Of a stretch of DNA of 64,000 nt, positions 1 to 9,282 are shown piece by piece; the first letter of the stretch is position 1, and the number at the start of each line of letters is the position of its first letter. Source of the stretch: Shigella phage SHSML-45; sequence record KX130863; one strand, 5' to 3'. The notes beneath the pieces were generated by a model that worked only from the letters and a program-made list of their open reading frames with translations, did no database searches and was not told where the DNA came from. The position numbers were made by a program, and so were the translations under genes.

Positions 1-231
1 TAAGCGGCCTAAATCGCATTCTAACGAGCAAAACGCTGTAGGGTAATATTAAAGTAAAGCCTTCACCAGTCGCCCTGGTGGCTCCGCCGTGTTTTGCTCT
101 TTACTATACCGCTGCGCAGTTAGCATAAAACTAGGCGTTAGGCAAGGAAAATAAAAAGGTAAAATAAACGTTGCCCCTAGAAAGAAAATACCTTTATCAT
201 TCTCCTACCGATTAACGAGGGAGGCCAACAA

Positions 232-1218
232 ATGAGGCTATATAAACCAGATAACGCAACCGTCTTAAAAGGTGCATTGCGCAACCTGCTGGACGGTAGC
301 AGAACAACCAGCATTAAACACTTTGTTAACAAGGCCGAAGATATTCACCAAAATTTTTTTGATGATTTCGATGCCTATGATATGAGTAGTTTTTTGCAAC
401 TGTATAAGCAGGGGGCAACGATTATCTTGTATAATCGGGATAATCACCTGCTTACTAGCAGGGGGCCGGATACCGATTTCATAATTGTAAAAGGTAGCAC
501 AGTAAAAGCCTATGATACTGGGGCGGGCTTAGAAGTTTTTTCAATAGAAAACTATGAAGCCAACCCCAATGATCTTTATGACGTTGAAAACTTTCTTGAT
601 TCATTTTGGCGTTATTTATCCGTTGGCTGGAATCGGTCAATTGGTGACGGGTATCGTCTGGCGGCTGTAATGGCTTTTGATGATAACGGTAATTTTTTGC
701 TACCGCCGGAATTATATGATCGTGTATATGAAGGCGATATTGTTGACGCCGGATTCTCTTTCGAAAGAGAAGAAAGTATTGGCAATATAGAAAAACATGC
801 TGTAAATTCTAACACTCAAAGCGTTAATACTCAAATCACTGAAAATAAAGGAAAAAACACCATGACCAAGATCGCTAATATTGTTGCCGCTAATAAATCC
901 GCTGTTGTAAACGCTGCAAAACTGGAAGCGGGTAAAATTGCACTGACTCAAATTACGAAAGTAGCGGCGAAAAAAGCACCGTTTATGATTAAAGGTTATA
1001 TTGATACACCTATCGGTCGAGTAGTGATTGCCAACCTGCTGAGCGTAGCGGTTGACCAGTACGCCCCAAGTAACCAAAAGGCGAAAGCGGTAGCAGGGGC
1101 AGCTATGGAAGCGGCAATGCTGGAAATGGTGCAAAGTTTTAACATCGCTGAAATGATTGATGAAATGGTGAAAGGTATTGATATTTCTACTTTTACCACT
1201 AGCACCGAAAGCGAGTAA
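232..1218 (+). CDS. hypothetical protein (328 aa)
   Basis: Long ORF with GAGGGAGG Shine-Dalgarno upstream of ATG; hairpin follows the stop. Confidence 0.7.
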   Translation: MRLYKPDNATVLKGALRNLLDGSRTTSIKHFVNKAEDIHQNFFDDFDAYDMSSFLQLYKQGATIILYNRDNHLLTSRGPDTDFIIVKGSTVKAYDTGAGLEVFSIENYEANPNDLYDVENFLDSFWRYLSVGWNRSIGDGYRLAAVMAFDDNGNFLLPPELYDRVYEGDIVDAGFSFEREESIGNIEKHAVNSNTQSVNTQITENKGKNTMTKIANIVAANKSAVVNAAKLEAGKIALTQITKVAAKKAPFMIKGYIDTPIGRVVIANLLSVAVDQYAPSNQKAKAVAGAAMEAAMLEMVQSFNIAEMIDEMVKGIDISTFTTSTESE

Positions 1219-1225
1219 TAATATT

Positions 1226-1256
1226 AAGCGGGGATTGTTACCCCGCTTTACTATTC
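1226..1256 (+). terminator. putative intrinsic terminator (weak T-tract)
   Basis: AAGCGGGG-loop-CCCCGCTT stem directly after stop of 232..1218. Confidence 0.4.
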
Positions 1257-1283
1257 CCTTGTTAACTAATAGGAGGCTAATAA

Positions 1284-1778
1284 ATGGCTGCGGAAAAATA
1301 TGGCTTCTCACTGGGAGAAGTGAGCACGGCAAAACATGATATGATCATTTTGGTCGATTGTCATACTGGCTATTGCGGAGAAGGCTGGACGGAGGAACAT
1401 TTTGTTCCCGCTGGCTGTGATCTGGACGCTTTCGCAAACGAACACGCATATGATAATGCTTCTCGTTTCGGTAGTGATGGGGAAGAAGATGAAGAAACAG
1501 GGGAATGGATTGAAAATGATAATGTATACGCGAGTCTTTATCATTATCAATTGAGTAAGTCCGGTACTTATGTAAATGGTGGCGATCCTATTAATACCGT
1601 TATGAAACTAATTATTAAACACGGTGGCGCGGAAATAATTGGTAACAAGGCGTTATTATATGCAAATCGATTAAAACAGCTTGTTTATATTCCTGATAAT
1701 TCCCGTTGGGATGAATATGCCGTTTTACAGAAAGAACTAAAACGCTGTTTCGGCGTGGAAACATTAGAAATAGTCTAA
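1284..1778 (+). CDS. hypothetical protein (164 aa)
   Basis: ORF with AGGAGG RBS; strong terminator downstream. Confidence 0.7.
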   Translation: MAAEKYGFSLGEVSTAKHDMIILVDCHTGYCGEGWTEEHFVPAGCDLDAFANEHAYDNASRFGSDGEEDEETGEWIENDNVYASLYHYQLSKSGTYVNGGDPINTVMKLIIKHGGAEIIGNKALLYANRLKQLVYIPDNSRWDEYAVLQKELKRCFGVETLEIV

Positions 1779-1793
1779 TGTAAAGTTTTGTAA

Positions 1794-1823
1794 AGGTCGC
1801 CTATTATGGCGGCCTTTTTTGTT
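1794..1823 (+). terminator. intrinsic terminator
   Basis: AGGTCGCC-TATTAT-GGCGGCCT stem followed by TTTTTTGTT. Confidence 0.7.
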
Positions 1824-1885
1824 ATAATGCCTTTACACCGAAACGGTGGACTGAAAATTTTCCCTGATTTCTAGGAGGCGTTAAA

Positions 1886-2035
1886 ATGGTTATTTTTCGA
1901 TCTATTCTGGCTAGTATCTTGGGCGCTATTTTATCACTGTTTGCAATAGCTTTCGGAGTTCACGTGGTTATTATTGGAGCAGGTATCGCGGGGTTTTCTT
2001 ACTTGTTAGGCTGTATGACTGGTAAAGGGGAATAA
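1886..2035 (+). CDS. small hydrophobic peptide (49 aa), below the 60-aa ORF track cutoff
   Basis: AGGAGG RBS 6 nt upstream of ATG; translation is one hydrophobic helix; stop abuts next start. Confidence 0.45.
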   Translation: MVIFRSILASILGAILSLFAIAFGVHVVIIGAGIAGFSYLLGCMTGKGE

Positions 2036-2037
2036 AA

Positions 2038-2250
2038 ATGTTAAAGAATGTTTCCCTTGCCCGTTCCAAAGGTTTTAAGCTGGTGGATGTTAACACGTTC
2101 GAGCGTCCAGATTGTAAAATCGAATATGTAGCACGCAACAAAAACGCTTTCCGTGTTACAGAAAAGAAATTTGACAAGCGCGGCAATTTGGTAGCCGAAA
2201 CGGTTAAACACTTTGCCACCTTTTACGCTGCATTTCGTGGGGTATTATGA
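2038..2250 (+). CDS. hypothetical protein (70 aa)
   Basis: ORF in co-directional tightly packed cluster. Confidence 0.5.
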   Translation: MLKNVSLARSKGFKLVDVNTFERPDCKIEYVARNKNAFRVTEKKFDKRGNLVAETVKHFATFYAAFRGVL

Positions 2251-2365
2251 TAGCGCAAATTAAAACAGCGTTTCGTTTCTGGGGAGTGATCCTCAGCGTA
2301 TGTTTTGGCATAGTTATTATTAGCCAGCTAATGATCATTGTTGCAATCGCAGGGGAAATGCTATC

Positions 2366-2710
2366 ATGGTAATTTATGAGGGCAATCGTTTTGTTACTAA
2401 TTGCCGTCCGGCATTATTAGCAAACTATTTAAACCAGCTTTCACCAGTTTATAAAGGCGTGGTTAATATCTATGAAGGCAAAGCACATTATAAAATTTCT
2501 GCCGTTGTCACCCGTGAACTAGCGTTTCAATTTTTAACTTTTGGGTCTTGTGACGTTCAGGTTATGGGGGAAGCGTTAATAGCAGAAAATGAAAATGAAT
2601 TTACTGACATTTTCCGCAAAGTATGTACGGAGCGCCTGATTATGAAAGGCGCATATATTCAATCCACTGCTGAAAGTATTGAAACAGCATTTCGAAAAAT
2701 TGCACAATGA
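2366..2710 (+). CDS. hypothetical protein (114 aa)
   Basis: ORF in co-directional cluster. Confidence 0.55.
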   Translation: MVIYEGNRFVTNCRPALLANYLNQLSPVYKGVVNIYEGKAHYKISAVVTRELAFQFLTFGSCDVQVMGEALIAENENEFTDIFRKVCTERLIMKGAYIQSTAESIETAFRKIAQ

Positions 2711-2837
2711 ATAGCTGGTGGCGAAAAACACAAAGCCATAAATCTAATAATACCGCTGGGAAGCATTCCCAGCGTTTACGATTTGGTAATGGCTTCACAA
2801 TGATATTGATAATCATTCTCATTCTAGGAGCAATGGC

Positions 2838-3077
2838 ATGGCTGTAAGAATTTTACGATATGTAGAACGTAAAGAAACCGATATTATGCAACATCATTTA
2901 ACTGATGGGCAATACGCGCAATTTTTAGAAATGCAGAAAAGCGGAGCTGATACAGCAACGCTAGGAGCGTGGATCAACTCAGTTTCAACGTGTACGCATT
3001 TTGATTCATACGGGTATACGCCAGCCGAAACCGTCCAGATCTTTGACGACTACGAGAAAGAATACATAACAGACTAA
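2838..3077 (+). CDS. hypothetical protein (79 aa)
   Basis: AGGAG RBS before ATG; terminator hairpin after stop. Confidence 0.55.
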   Translation: MAVRILRYVERKETDIMQHHLTDGQYAQFLEMQKSGADTATLGAWINSVSTCTHFDSYGYTPAETVQIFDDYEKEYITD

Positions 3078-3083
3078 TAATAA

Positions 3084-3113
3084 CGGGGCGCAACTATCGG
3101 CCCCGCTTTTTCT
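3084..3113 (+). terminator. intrinsic terminator
   Basis: CGGGGC-loop-GCCCCG stem followed by CTTTTTCT. Confidence 0.6.
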
Positions 3114-3250
3114 GGCCTTCCTCAAATTTCCCCTTATTAAAGTACCTCCTCCAAAATTAAAACGCTTAGAATGCGTTTGAGAGCGTTTTAGACCTATATT
3201 AGAGTTATTCACTACGTAGGAATACTGTATAAATATACAGTAGGATAACC

Positions 3251-3259
3251 TGTGGATAA
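3251..3259. promoter_or_regulatory. DnaA-box-like site TGTGGATAA
   Basis: Exact reverse complement of TTATCCACA; embedded in repeated AACCTGTGGATAA. Confidence 0.5.
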
Positions 3260-3323
3260 GTCTGTTGAAAACGCCTCAAAATCGCTAGGGTTTTGTCAAG
3301 TCAAATCGTGCTGTTAATAAACC

Positions 3324-3332
3324 TGTGGATAA
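3324..3332. promoter_or_regulatory. DnaA-box-like site TGTGGATAA (second copy)
   Basis: Same 13-bp context AACCTGTGGATAA, 73 bp from first copy. Confidence 0.5.
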
Positions 3333-3349
3333 CTTAAATAACAGTGTTT

Positions 3350-3510
3350 CTCACTTCCCTTTCTAAATGCGAATCATTCTCAGTATGTGACTCATTCGTA
3401 TTCAACTCTGTAAATGATAACCGTTCTCATTCCCCTTTCTAAACGCGAATCATTATCATTCGCATTCAACTTCTCAAATGCGAATCAATCTCATTATCAT
3501 TCGCATTCAG
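3350..3510. repeat. cluster of short palindromes and direct repeats
   Basis: TCCCTTTCTAAA(T/C)GCGAATCATT occurs twice; GCGAAT..ATTCGC inverted arms repeated. Confidence 0.5.
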
Positions 3511-3566
3511 GCGAGCAGGGCAATTGCCCTGCGCTTTTGTGCAAATCCGACATTTGCCCCCATGGA

Positions 3567-4106
3567 TTACGCGTGGGCGTGTATGTGCAAATCCGACCCA
3601 TTTTTGGTAGTGTGCAAATCCGACCCTAAAATTTCATCCCTCCATTTTACTAGAAATTCTAGATCATATGAACACTTAGACTGAGTACCATTACTAGTAG
3701 GAACATAAGCCCGGTAATAATCACCCTTTGAGGTAGTTCTAGCAACACGAATATATTTTGGAAGATTGGTTGTTTTACTGTTGGTATTTTTGCGATTTCT
3801 AGCATTTTTATAGTCTGGTATTTGTCTTAGATTCTCAGGAGAATTATTAGTGGGATCCTGATCTATATGATCTACCTGCAACTCGGGATCAATACTGCCG
3901 TTATGCAGGCAGAAAACAATCCGAGAAACTGCTAGGGTTCCCACCCCAGATACAAAGACCACATAAGACTTCCTACCTTTTCCGTCGTCCCTTAAAGTGC
4001 CTGTATGTTTTCTTTTAGGTAATCTACTCAGCCCACTGGGACTTGATGGGTCAATAAAAAATAAGTCTTTCATTTGTGCATATTCGATAGGTATATATCT
4101 TGACAT
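3567..4106 (-). CDS. HNH homing endonuclease (start moved to internal ATG with AGGAGG RBS)
   Basis: HNH-like motif DHIDQDPTNNSPENLR; nested in the repeat region. Confidence 0.75.
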   Translation of the reverse strand: MSRYIPIEYAQMKDLFFIDPSSPSGLSRLPKRKHTGTLRDDGKGRKSYVVFVSGVGTLAVSRIVFCLHNGSIDPELQVDHIDQDPTNNSPENLRQIPDYKNARNRKNTNSKTTNLPKYIRVARTTSKGDYYRAYVPTSNGTQSKCSYDLEFLVKWRDEILGSDLHTTKNGSDLHIHAHA

Positions 4107-4180
4107 AATAAAATTCCTCCTATGAAGTAATATTATAACAAAATTTTCGAAAGTGTGCAAGTGAAATTTTTATATTTGAA

Positions 4181-4208
4181 AATAACCGCCCTCCCTATAA
4201 CCGCCCTA
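4181..4208 (+). repeat. 28-bp direct repeat, copy A
   Basis: AAATAACCGCCCTCCCTATAACCGCCCT; second copy ~510 bp downstream with one mismatch. Confidence 0.6.
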
Positions 4209-4289
4209 TTCGAATCCTGTGGGATATGTGCAAATCCGACACGGTTTTTCTAGGATTAAGATGTGCGAATCCAATGAAATTTTTGTGAC

Positions 4290-4480
4290 TTCGATGAGAG
4301 GGTGTGTGATTGTGTGAGTTTGGGGAGAAGTTGAGAGAGCGAGAGAAATTTAGAGGCTAGAAGGATGTGGGCGCAGGATTGGTGCGGAGCACCTGATTTG
4401 CGGGGATTTTGGGGAAGAGTTGAGATAATTTGGGAAGATTTGAGATAGGTGCAGAAAAAGTAAAATTTTATTAGCAAAAT
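4290..4480 (+). repeat. purine-rich strand-asymmetric tract with degenerate GAAGAGTTGAGATA-like repeats
   Basis: Plus strand almost entirely G/A/T; the 92-aa minus-strand ORF here is low-complexity and likely spurious. Confidence 0.5.
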
Positions 4481-4693
4481 GGGGCAAAATAGCTTGACAA
4501 GTGGAAATTCTTGTGGATCTAAAAACTCAGGCAATCATGGGCCTTCGGCCCGAAATAATGCTGCTATTTTCGGGAGATTATATGTTCCTAAAAACTTAGG
4601 CATTTGTGCAAATCCGACCAGTTTTTAAACTCCTGTCAGTGTGCAAATCCGATAGCAATTTCCAGAAATGTGTTTTGGAAAAATGTCTTCTAG

Positions 4694-4721
4694 AAATAAC
4701 TGCCCTCCCTATAACCGCCCT
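4694..4721 (+). repeat. 28-bp direct repeat, copy B
   Basis: AAATAACTGCCCTCCCTATAACCGCCCT. Confidence 0.6.
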
Positions 4722-5234
4722 GTATAGAAAACCGGCCTAAGATATGTGACGTTGGTGAGAAACTGCCCTAGAATGCGTGCAAATCCGATGAATATTTTTG
4801 TGTGATCTCTAGAATTTGTGCTTATCAATTTCCTAGAAACTTAGGAGTCTAGAAGAAAGTGTTGTGCCATCCTAGCAGATGAGCGGCAACCGGTGTATCA
4901 TCTTGAACGTTAATTTATCTATTCAACAGTATTAGTTTTTATATAAGTATAAGATCCCCAGGGTTCTCATATAGAGCTTTGCCCCCACCAGAAGGTCTCG
5001 TGATGTTTCTAGTAATCTTTATTAAATTACCTGTTGACTTGTCCTGTCGCTCCGTAACCTACGCTACAAGTCAGTAATTTAAGATTCCTGAACCACCACA
5101 CCTTCTGTGTGGCAACTCTAAATGGTTAATTCTATTAACTCATAGAGTTATGATAACATACATTTAGCTATCTGTCAACGAGAGTTTGTATTTGAGTCTC
5201 GGTACAGGTATTGTGCACCGAGACATGCAGAGTA

Positions 5235-6119
5235 CTATAATAATTCTTGGTATGCTTTCTGATACGCCTCAGTATCTGTAGGTGTATCTTTTGCTAACGC
5301 AATTAGTTCATCCGTTATCTGAATATTCGTATTATAACGTTGGTGGAACTCGTCTGGAATTTCTAGATATCTATTTATGAATGCTGCAGCAAGCGGTGTA
5401 ACTAACCCAATTTCTAGAGATAACTTAACTTGTTTCTCATAAATTAAATATTGAGAATCAGACGGTATTGGTGGGGTTACATCAATTTTTTCTGGTTCTT
5501 TTTCTGGTAGCAATGGATTGTTATACAATGCTTCATCTGGAAGCACAGATTTACGCTCTTTAAATATATAAGTTTCTAGATCAGATGCTTTAGACCCTGA
5601 ATACACAGCAAAAACGCTAGCTTTACCTTGAGATGCCCTAACTGGTAAGTAACTAGTAGGGTAGCTCCTTAATGCATCGTGGAATGGACTTCCTGAGTAT
5701 TTGTATGTATCCCCATAGAGATCATCAATATTCATTCGTTCATCTTCAAAGATATGGAAAGAGCTAAATGATGGGATAGTAAAGTATTCCATCTGTAATC
5801 CATAAACTAAGAAACGATGTGCGTATGCACTGATTTTTAAGACTGTAAATGCTTTCTCACCTTCTTTATAGGAATTGCCTTTTGAAGTAACTTGGTAACG
5901 TTTACAAAACATCTCTACTAGACGTTTCTCATTAATACCAAGAGTGGAGTACAGTCGTCCATTTAATCCTATAAGTGCATCGAACATAAATGCTAGTTTA
6001 TCTTTTTCTTCTTGGGATAGTTCTGGAAATGGCAATACTTTGGCATTAGGAACACTATTGTTCTCTTTAGGTTTTGTTTTACCAGCATTTTGTCTTAGTT
6101 TATCTTTAAAGTTATACAT
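5235..6119 (-). CDS. hypothetical protein (294 aa)
   Basis: First long ORF of the minus-strand early block. Confidence 0.65.
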   Translation of the reverse strand: MYNFKDKLRQNAGKTKPKENNSVPNAKVLPFPELSQEEKDKLAFMFDALIGLNGRLYSTLGINEKRLVEMFCKRYQVTSKGNSYKEGEKAFTVLKISAYAHRFLVYGLQMEYFTIPSFSSFHIFEDERMNIDDLYGDTYKYSGSPFHDALRSYPTSYLPVRASQGKASVFAVYSGSKASDLETYIFKERKSVLPDEALYNNPLLPEKEPEKIDVTPPIPSDSQYLIYEKQVKLSLEIGLVTPLAAAFINRYLEIPDEFHQRYNTNIQITDELIALAKDTPTDTEAYQKAYQELL

Positions 6120-6198
6120 TATTATCTCCCGTTTTTAAGGTCTGGATGACCTTCTTTTTATTTTAGAGCCTCCGTAGAGGCTCATATATTAGGAATTA

Positions 6199-6810
6199 TT
6201 AATCCTTTTTACTCTCATTAATAACAGCCCCCAATGCTTCCATAATTGCATCTTCTAGACTTCCATGTTTATCAGGATTACTAAAATGAATAGTATAAAC
6301 AGAATTCCTAGAAACTCCAGCATCCGCAGGTGCTACGCTTCGCATATCAGATTCAAAAGCTTCTTGGGTATGTTGCAGCTGTACAGAAGGGCCGTAATCT
6401 TCACCAAACTTATATGACTGTGTGTTACTTACCACACCCCCACAAGGAACATTGTGCATATCCGACATTAATCTTTTATCAGAATTATTTAACATTGCAA
6501 TTGGCCCAGACTGCCATGGATCTCTAATAGTCACTGGAGTACTAGGGCGGTTCACCTCAGTCTTCACAAGTTTGTACCCTGCATCGATTAGTGCATTAAT
6601 CAGGTTATCCGCCGGGATGCGAGCCGTACCAAAAATCTTACGAGCATCTTCGAGCTTACCTTCAAGATCTTTACATGCTCTAAGGTCAGTGTGTGCAAAT
6701 GTTAGCTTCATAGATTTGAATTGTACAGTAGCAGTTAAATCTTTAAAGCTATAATCCCATGTGTTCAGTTCATGGTCTGGTACTACTTGAATAGGTTGTT
6801 GTGTAAACAT
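6199..6810 (-). CDS. hypothetical protein (203 aa)
   Basis: Long ORF, co-directional. Confidence 0.65.
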   Translation of the reverse strand: MFTQQPIQVVPDHELNTWDYSFKDLTATVQFKSMKLTFAHTDLRACKDLEGKLEDARKIFGTARIPADNLINALIDAGYKLVKTEVNRPSTPVTIRDPWQSGPIAMLNNSDKRLMSDMHNVPCGGVVSNTQSYKFGEDYGPSVQLQHTQEAFESDMRSVAPADAGVSRNSVYTIHFSNPDKHGSLEDAIMEALGAVINESKKD

Positions 6811-6995
6811 TATTTATTCTCCAGTTTGTCTAACAGTTTATGGGCTGCTAGGTTATATTGCTCAAGTTCACGATTAAGGATTTGGTTTTCACACTTTAGC
6901 TCTAGATTCTTATTATTAAGAATATTGCAGATCAGTAGAAGTGCTAATATAACTAGCAAGGAACCTACAAGTATTAAAAGAAAAAGAGTTTCCAT
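6810..6995 (-). CDS. small membrane protein (61 aa)
   Basis: Hydrophobic N-terminal helix; start/stop coupling with neighbours. Confidence 0.45.
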   Translation of the reverse strand: METLFLLILVGSLLVILALLLICNILNNKNLELKCENQILNRELEQYNLAAHKLLDKLENK

Positions 6996-7228
6996 TATTT
7001 AATTCCCATGTAACGTTTGAGATATATGACGAAGTCTTCTGCTGTATGCTCCACACTACCTTGAGCTACAAACAACTTTAAAGCCTCACGCTGTAATTTA
7101 AGAGCAGCTAACTCACCACGTAATTTTGTTATATCTTCCGCTAGTTCTCTAGCTCTGCGCATAATAGCAAATGATACAAATGTTACAATAAATAACATAA
7201 CTGCTAAAATAATTACTATGATCTCCAT
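6995..7228 (-). CDS. small membrane protein (77 aa)
   Basis: N-terminal TM helix then coiled-coil-like region. Confidence 0.45.
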   Translation of the reverse strand: MEIIVIILAVMLFIVTFVSFAIMRRARELAEDITKLRGELAALKLQREALKLFVAQGSVEHTAEDFVIYLKRYMGIK

Positions 7229-7506
7229 ATTAACATCCAGCTTTTATCATATATTTGGGCATGTTCTACTAATTCATTTATTGATGTAGAATTATCGTAG
7301 ATACCCTCTAGTAAACGTTTTCTGTCAAATTTATCAACCAAATACTCCGCGCCATTTATCACTACCATATACAGCTCTGGAACTAAGGGGTGTTTGTTTG
7401 GTATTGGACGACTACCTAAGTCTATTTCATTTTTACCCCACTCTGTTTTAAACAGTCTGTTACTAAGTGCTGCTAGTGGGTTTGACCATACAATATAGCT
7501 ACTCAC
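7216..7506 (-). CDS. hypothetical protein (96 aa)
   Basis: ORF overlapping neighbours by a few nt. Confidence 0.5.
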   Translation of the reverse strand: MSSYIVWSNPLAALSNRLFKTEWGKNEIDLGSRPIPNKHPLVPELYMVVINGAEYLVDKFDRKRLLEGIYDNSTSINELVEHAQIYDKSWMLIWRS

Positions 7507-8047
7507 TACTTATCTCCATTCTTAGCTTTGAAAACTTATTATACCAAACTATATGATTATCGTCAATTACAAATTTATGGTAACATGCTGGTACGGTATA
7601 AGTTCCATAATCCGTGACACGCTGCACAACCTTGTGTGCACACAGTCGACAACCATGCCCTTCTAAATGAGATCTAGCAGTTTGCCAGTAATAACCCTTA
7701 TGGTCTGGACAATAGATCTCGACTTGCTGTTGCATTGTTTTATAATTTACACGCTCATACCCAAAGAAAGCCCCGTGAGCTGCAATGGCTTTCTTGATAA
7801 ATATAAGGTTTAGCGCCTCTTGCTGAAAATCGGGATGTAGCTGTTTAATCTTAGTTCTATTAATAGATCCATCCGATTTGATGAACCTATTTATTGGAAA
7901 GTTGTTAGCTTCCTCGATTAATAGTTCATTTACTTTCTCTCTCATATTAGATACTCTCACAACTAAGATGGAAACATTCGTAAGCATCTCCAGTAAACTC
8001 TTTATCTTGTAGTATACACTTAGCCTGGTCTTCTGGTACTCCAACAT
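7499..8047 (-). CDS. hypothetical Cys/His-rich protein (true start probably internal, near 7945)
   Basis: 5-prime 100 nt overlap the upstream ORF in another frame. Confidence 0.5.
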   Translation of the reverse strand: MLEYQKTRLSVYYKIKSLLEMLTNVSILVVRVSNMREKVNELLIEEANNFPINRFIKSDGSINRTKIKQLHPDFQQEALNLIFIKKAIAAHGAFFGYERVNYKTMQQQVEIYCPDHKGYYWQTARSHLEGHGCRLCAHKVVQRVTDYGTYTVPACYHKFVIDDNHIVWYNKFSKLRMEISSE

Positions 8048-8225
8048 CTAATAATTGTTGTTTACTTGGCTTTTCAGCGAATACTTTTACAAAATACTCA
8101 CCATCCTGATTATACTCATTTATATCTCTAGTAAGGACATATACTTGCATTTGAAGTTCCTTGAAACATAAAAGGCCAGAACAATTAAGTCCTGGCCTCC
8201 TAAAATTAATGAAGTTGTTTACCAC
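7947..8225 (-). CDS. hypothetical protein (92 aa)
   Basis: ORF; terminator hairpin lies upstream of it. Confidence 0.45.
   Translation of the reverse strand: MVNNFINFRRPGLNCSGLLCFKELQMQVYVLTRDINEYNQDGEYFVKVFAEKPSKQQLLDVGVPEDQAKCILQDKEFTGDAYECFHLSCESI
8163..8198 (-). terminator. intrinsic terminator (minus strand)
   Basis: AGGCCAG-loop-CTGGCCT stem followed on the minus strand by TTTTATGTT. Confidence 0.55.
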
Positions 8226-8643
8226 TTCTTAACATAGTGGCCGTTTCCATAAGACCTAGCGTAGCATCACGCTTATTGATCTGTTTACCAAGTTCATCAG
8301 TACGTTTACTGATGTAAGCATTAATAGCCATATTCATAGCTGTAGCGAGATCTTCTTTGGTTATCTCTTCATCGTCTAAAGCTAATTTAGCCAAAGAATC
8401 AAATGTGCTAGAGAGTCCTATAAGATCTGAGGTTTCTCCCGCCAAAATAGGATTAATATTATCTACTGTTACTTCTAGCATGGAGTTGACAATATCTTCA
8501 CCGTCTATTAGACCAGTTTCAATATTACTCTCCCACTCCTTCATCTGCTCCAATAATGGATTTTTCTTTTCTGTCATGGTAGAGGTTTCCTGTGTCAGTC
8601 GGTAAGAAGGATGATTGAGCTTTAGGCGGATGTTGCTTAGCAA
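8206..8643 (-). CDS. hypothetical protein (start possibly internal, near 8577)
   Basis: ORF; N-terminal part overlaps upstream ORF. Confidence 0.5.
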   Translation of the reverse strand: MLSNIRLKLNHPSYRLTQETSTMTEKKNPLLEQMKEWESNIETGLIDGEDIVNSMLEVTVDNINPILAGETSDLIGLSSTFDSLAKLALDDEEITKEDLATAMNMAINAYISKRTDELGKQINKRDATLGLMETATMLRSGKQLH

Positions 8644-8986
8644 TCCAGTTAAGAATCAGCACGCGACTAGGAACAATATCGGTGTTATACCAAAAATCGT
8701 GAACCCATTGACGAGCATCTTCAAACTTACCAAATTTATATGCTTTCTTAAACAATTCAAATCCAAAACAATCTGGTGTAAAGTCTACTTCGCGATATTG
8801 AATTACTTTAGAACCAGTTAGGTCTTGGATCGCTGCATTAATTTCTGTATGCGAGAACTTTGTTTCATGAAACTTATTAAAGAATCGGTAGTTGAAGCGT
8901 CCGTTCGTTTCGACAAACAACTGGATGAAAAGATCGTTAAATTGGTTATCAAACCAGTAATTCTGTAGTTGTTGTAGTGCTGTCAT
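8525..8986 (-). CDS. hypothetical protein (153 aa)
   Basis: ORF. Confidence 0.55.
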   Translation of the reverse strand: MTALQQLQNYWFDNQFNDLFIQLFVETNGRFNYRFFNKFHETKFSHTEINAAIQDLTGSKVIQYREVDFTPDCFGFELFKKAYKFGKFEDARQWVHDFWYNTDIVPSRVLILNWIAKQHPPKAQSSFLPTDTGNLYHDRKEKSIIGADEGVGE

Positions 8987-9183
8987 TTACGAACTCCGTT
9001 AATTGCCGTGATAATGCCTTCATACATAAAAGGAAGTAACCAAGAAGTATAGAATATATTTTCCGTTATTCCTAGATGTCGAAAAAGTATATTAAATAAT
9101 GCTGTTAGAAATACAATCTGAGGCAGTAATACAAAATACTCAGTTACAATCTTTGGTGCCTGATAAACAAGACGTTTTATCAT
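8983..9183 (-). CDS. small membrane protein (66 aa)
   Basis: Hydrophobic; ATGA start/stop overlap with next gene. Confidence 0.4.
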   Translation of the reverse strand: MIKRLVYQAPKIVTEYFVLLPQIVFLTALFNILFRHLGITENIFYTSWLLPFMYEGIITAINGVRK

Positions 9184-9282
9184 TGTTTTTAAGTCTCCTT
9201 ATTACTTTGGCCTGCTCCACAATAATGAAAACTGCGAGCACTAATAGTGCTATTAGCCCCGCAGTAATTGGTACTAAATCAA

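Larger units (their letters stand above)
3539..4799 (+). repeat. dispersed 13-bp repeat family GTGCAAATCCGA(C/T), 7 same-orientation copies
   Basis: Copies at about 3539, 3585, 3612, 4228, 4606, 4641, 4787, plus a degenerate copy near 4263; most followed within 3-8 nt by a T5 run. Confidence 0.7.

Noticed and set aside
3414-3684. Plus-strand ORFs 3414..3629 and 3478..3684 (71 and 68 aa)
   Set aside because: They lie entirely within the repeat/palindrome array, have no RBS, and their translations are repeat-derived; treated as non-coding.
4256-4534. Minus-strand ORF of 92 aa
   Set aside because: It is the reverse complement of the purine-rich low-complexity tract, with pyrimidine-driven Pro/Ser/Leu composition and no RBS.
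3539-4799. Possible CRISPR array suggested by the repeated 13-mer GTGCAAATCCGA(C/T)
   Set aside because: Repeats are short, irregularly spaced (27 to ~600 bp) and not separated by uniform spacers; no cas genes are present. Treated as a binding-site array.
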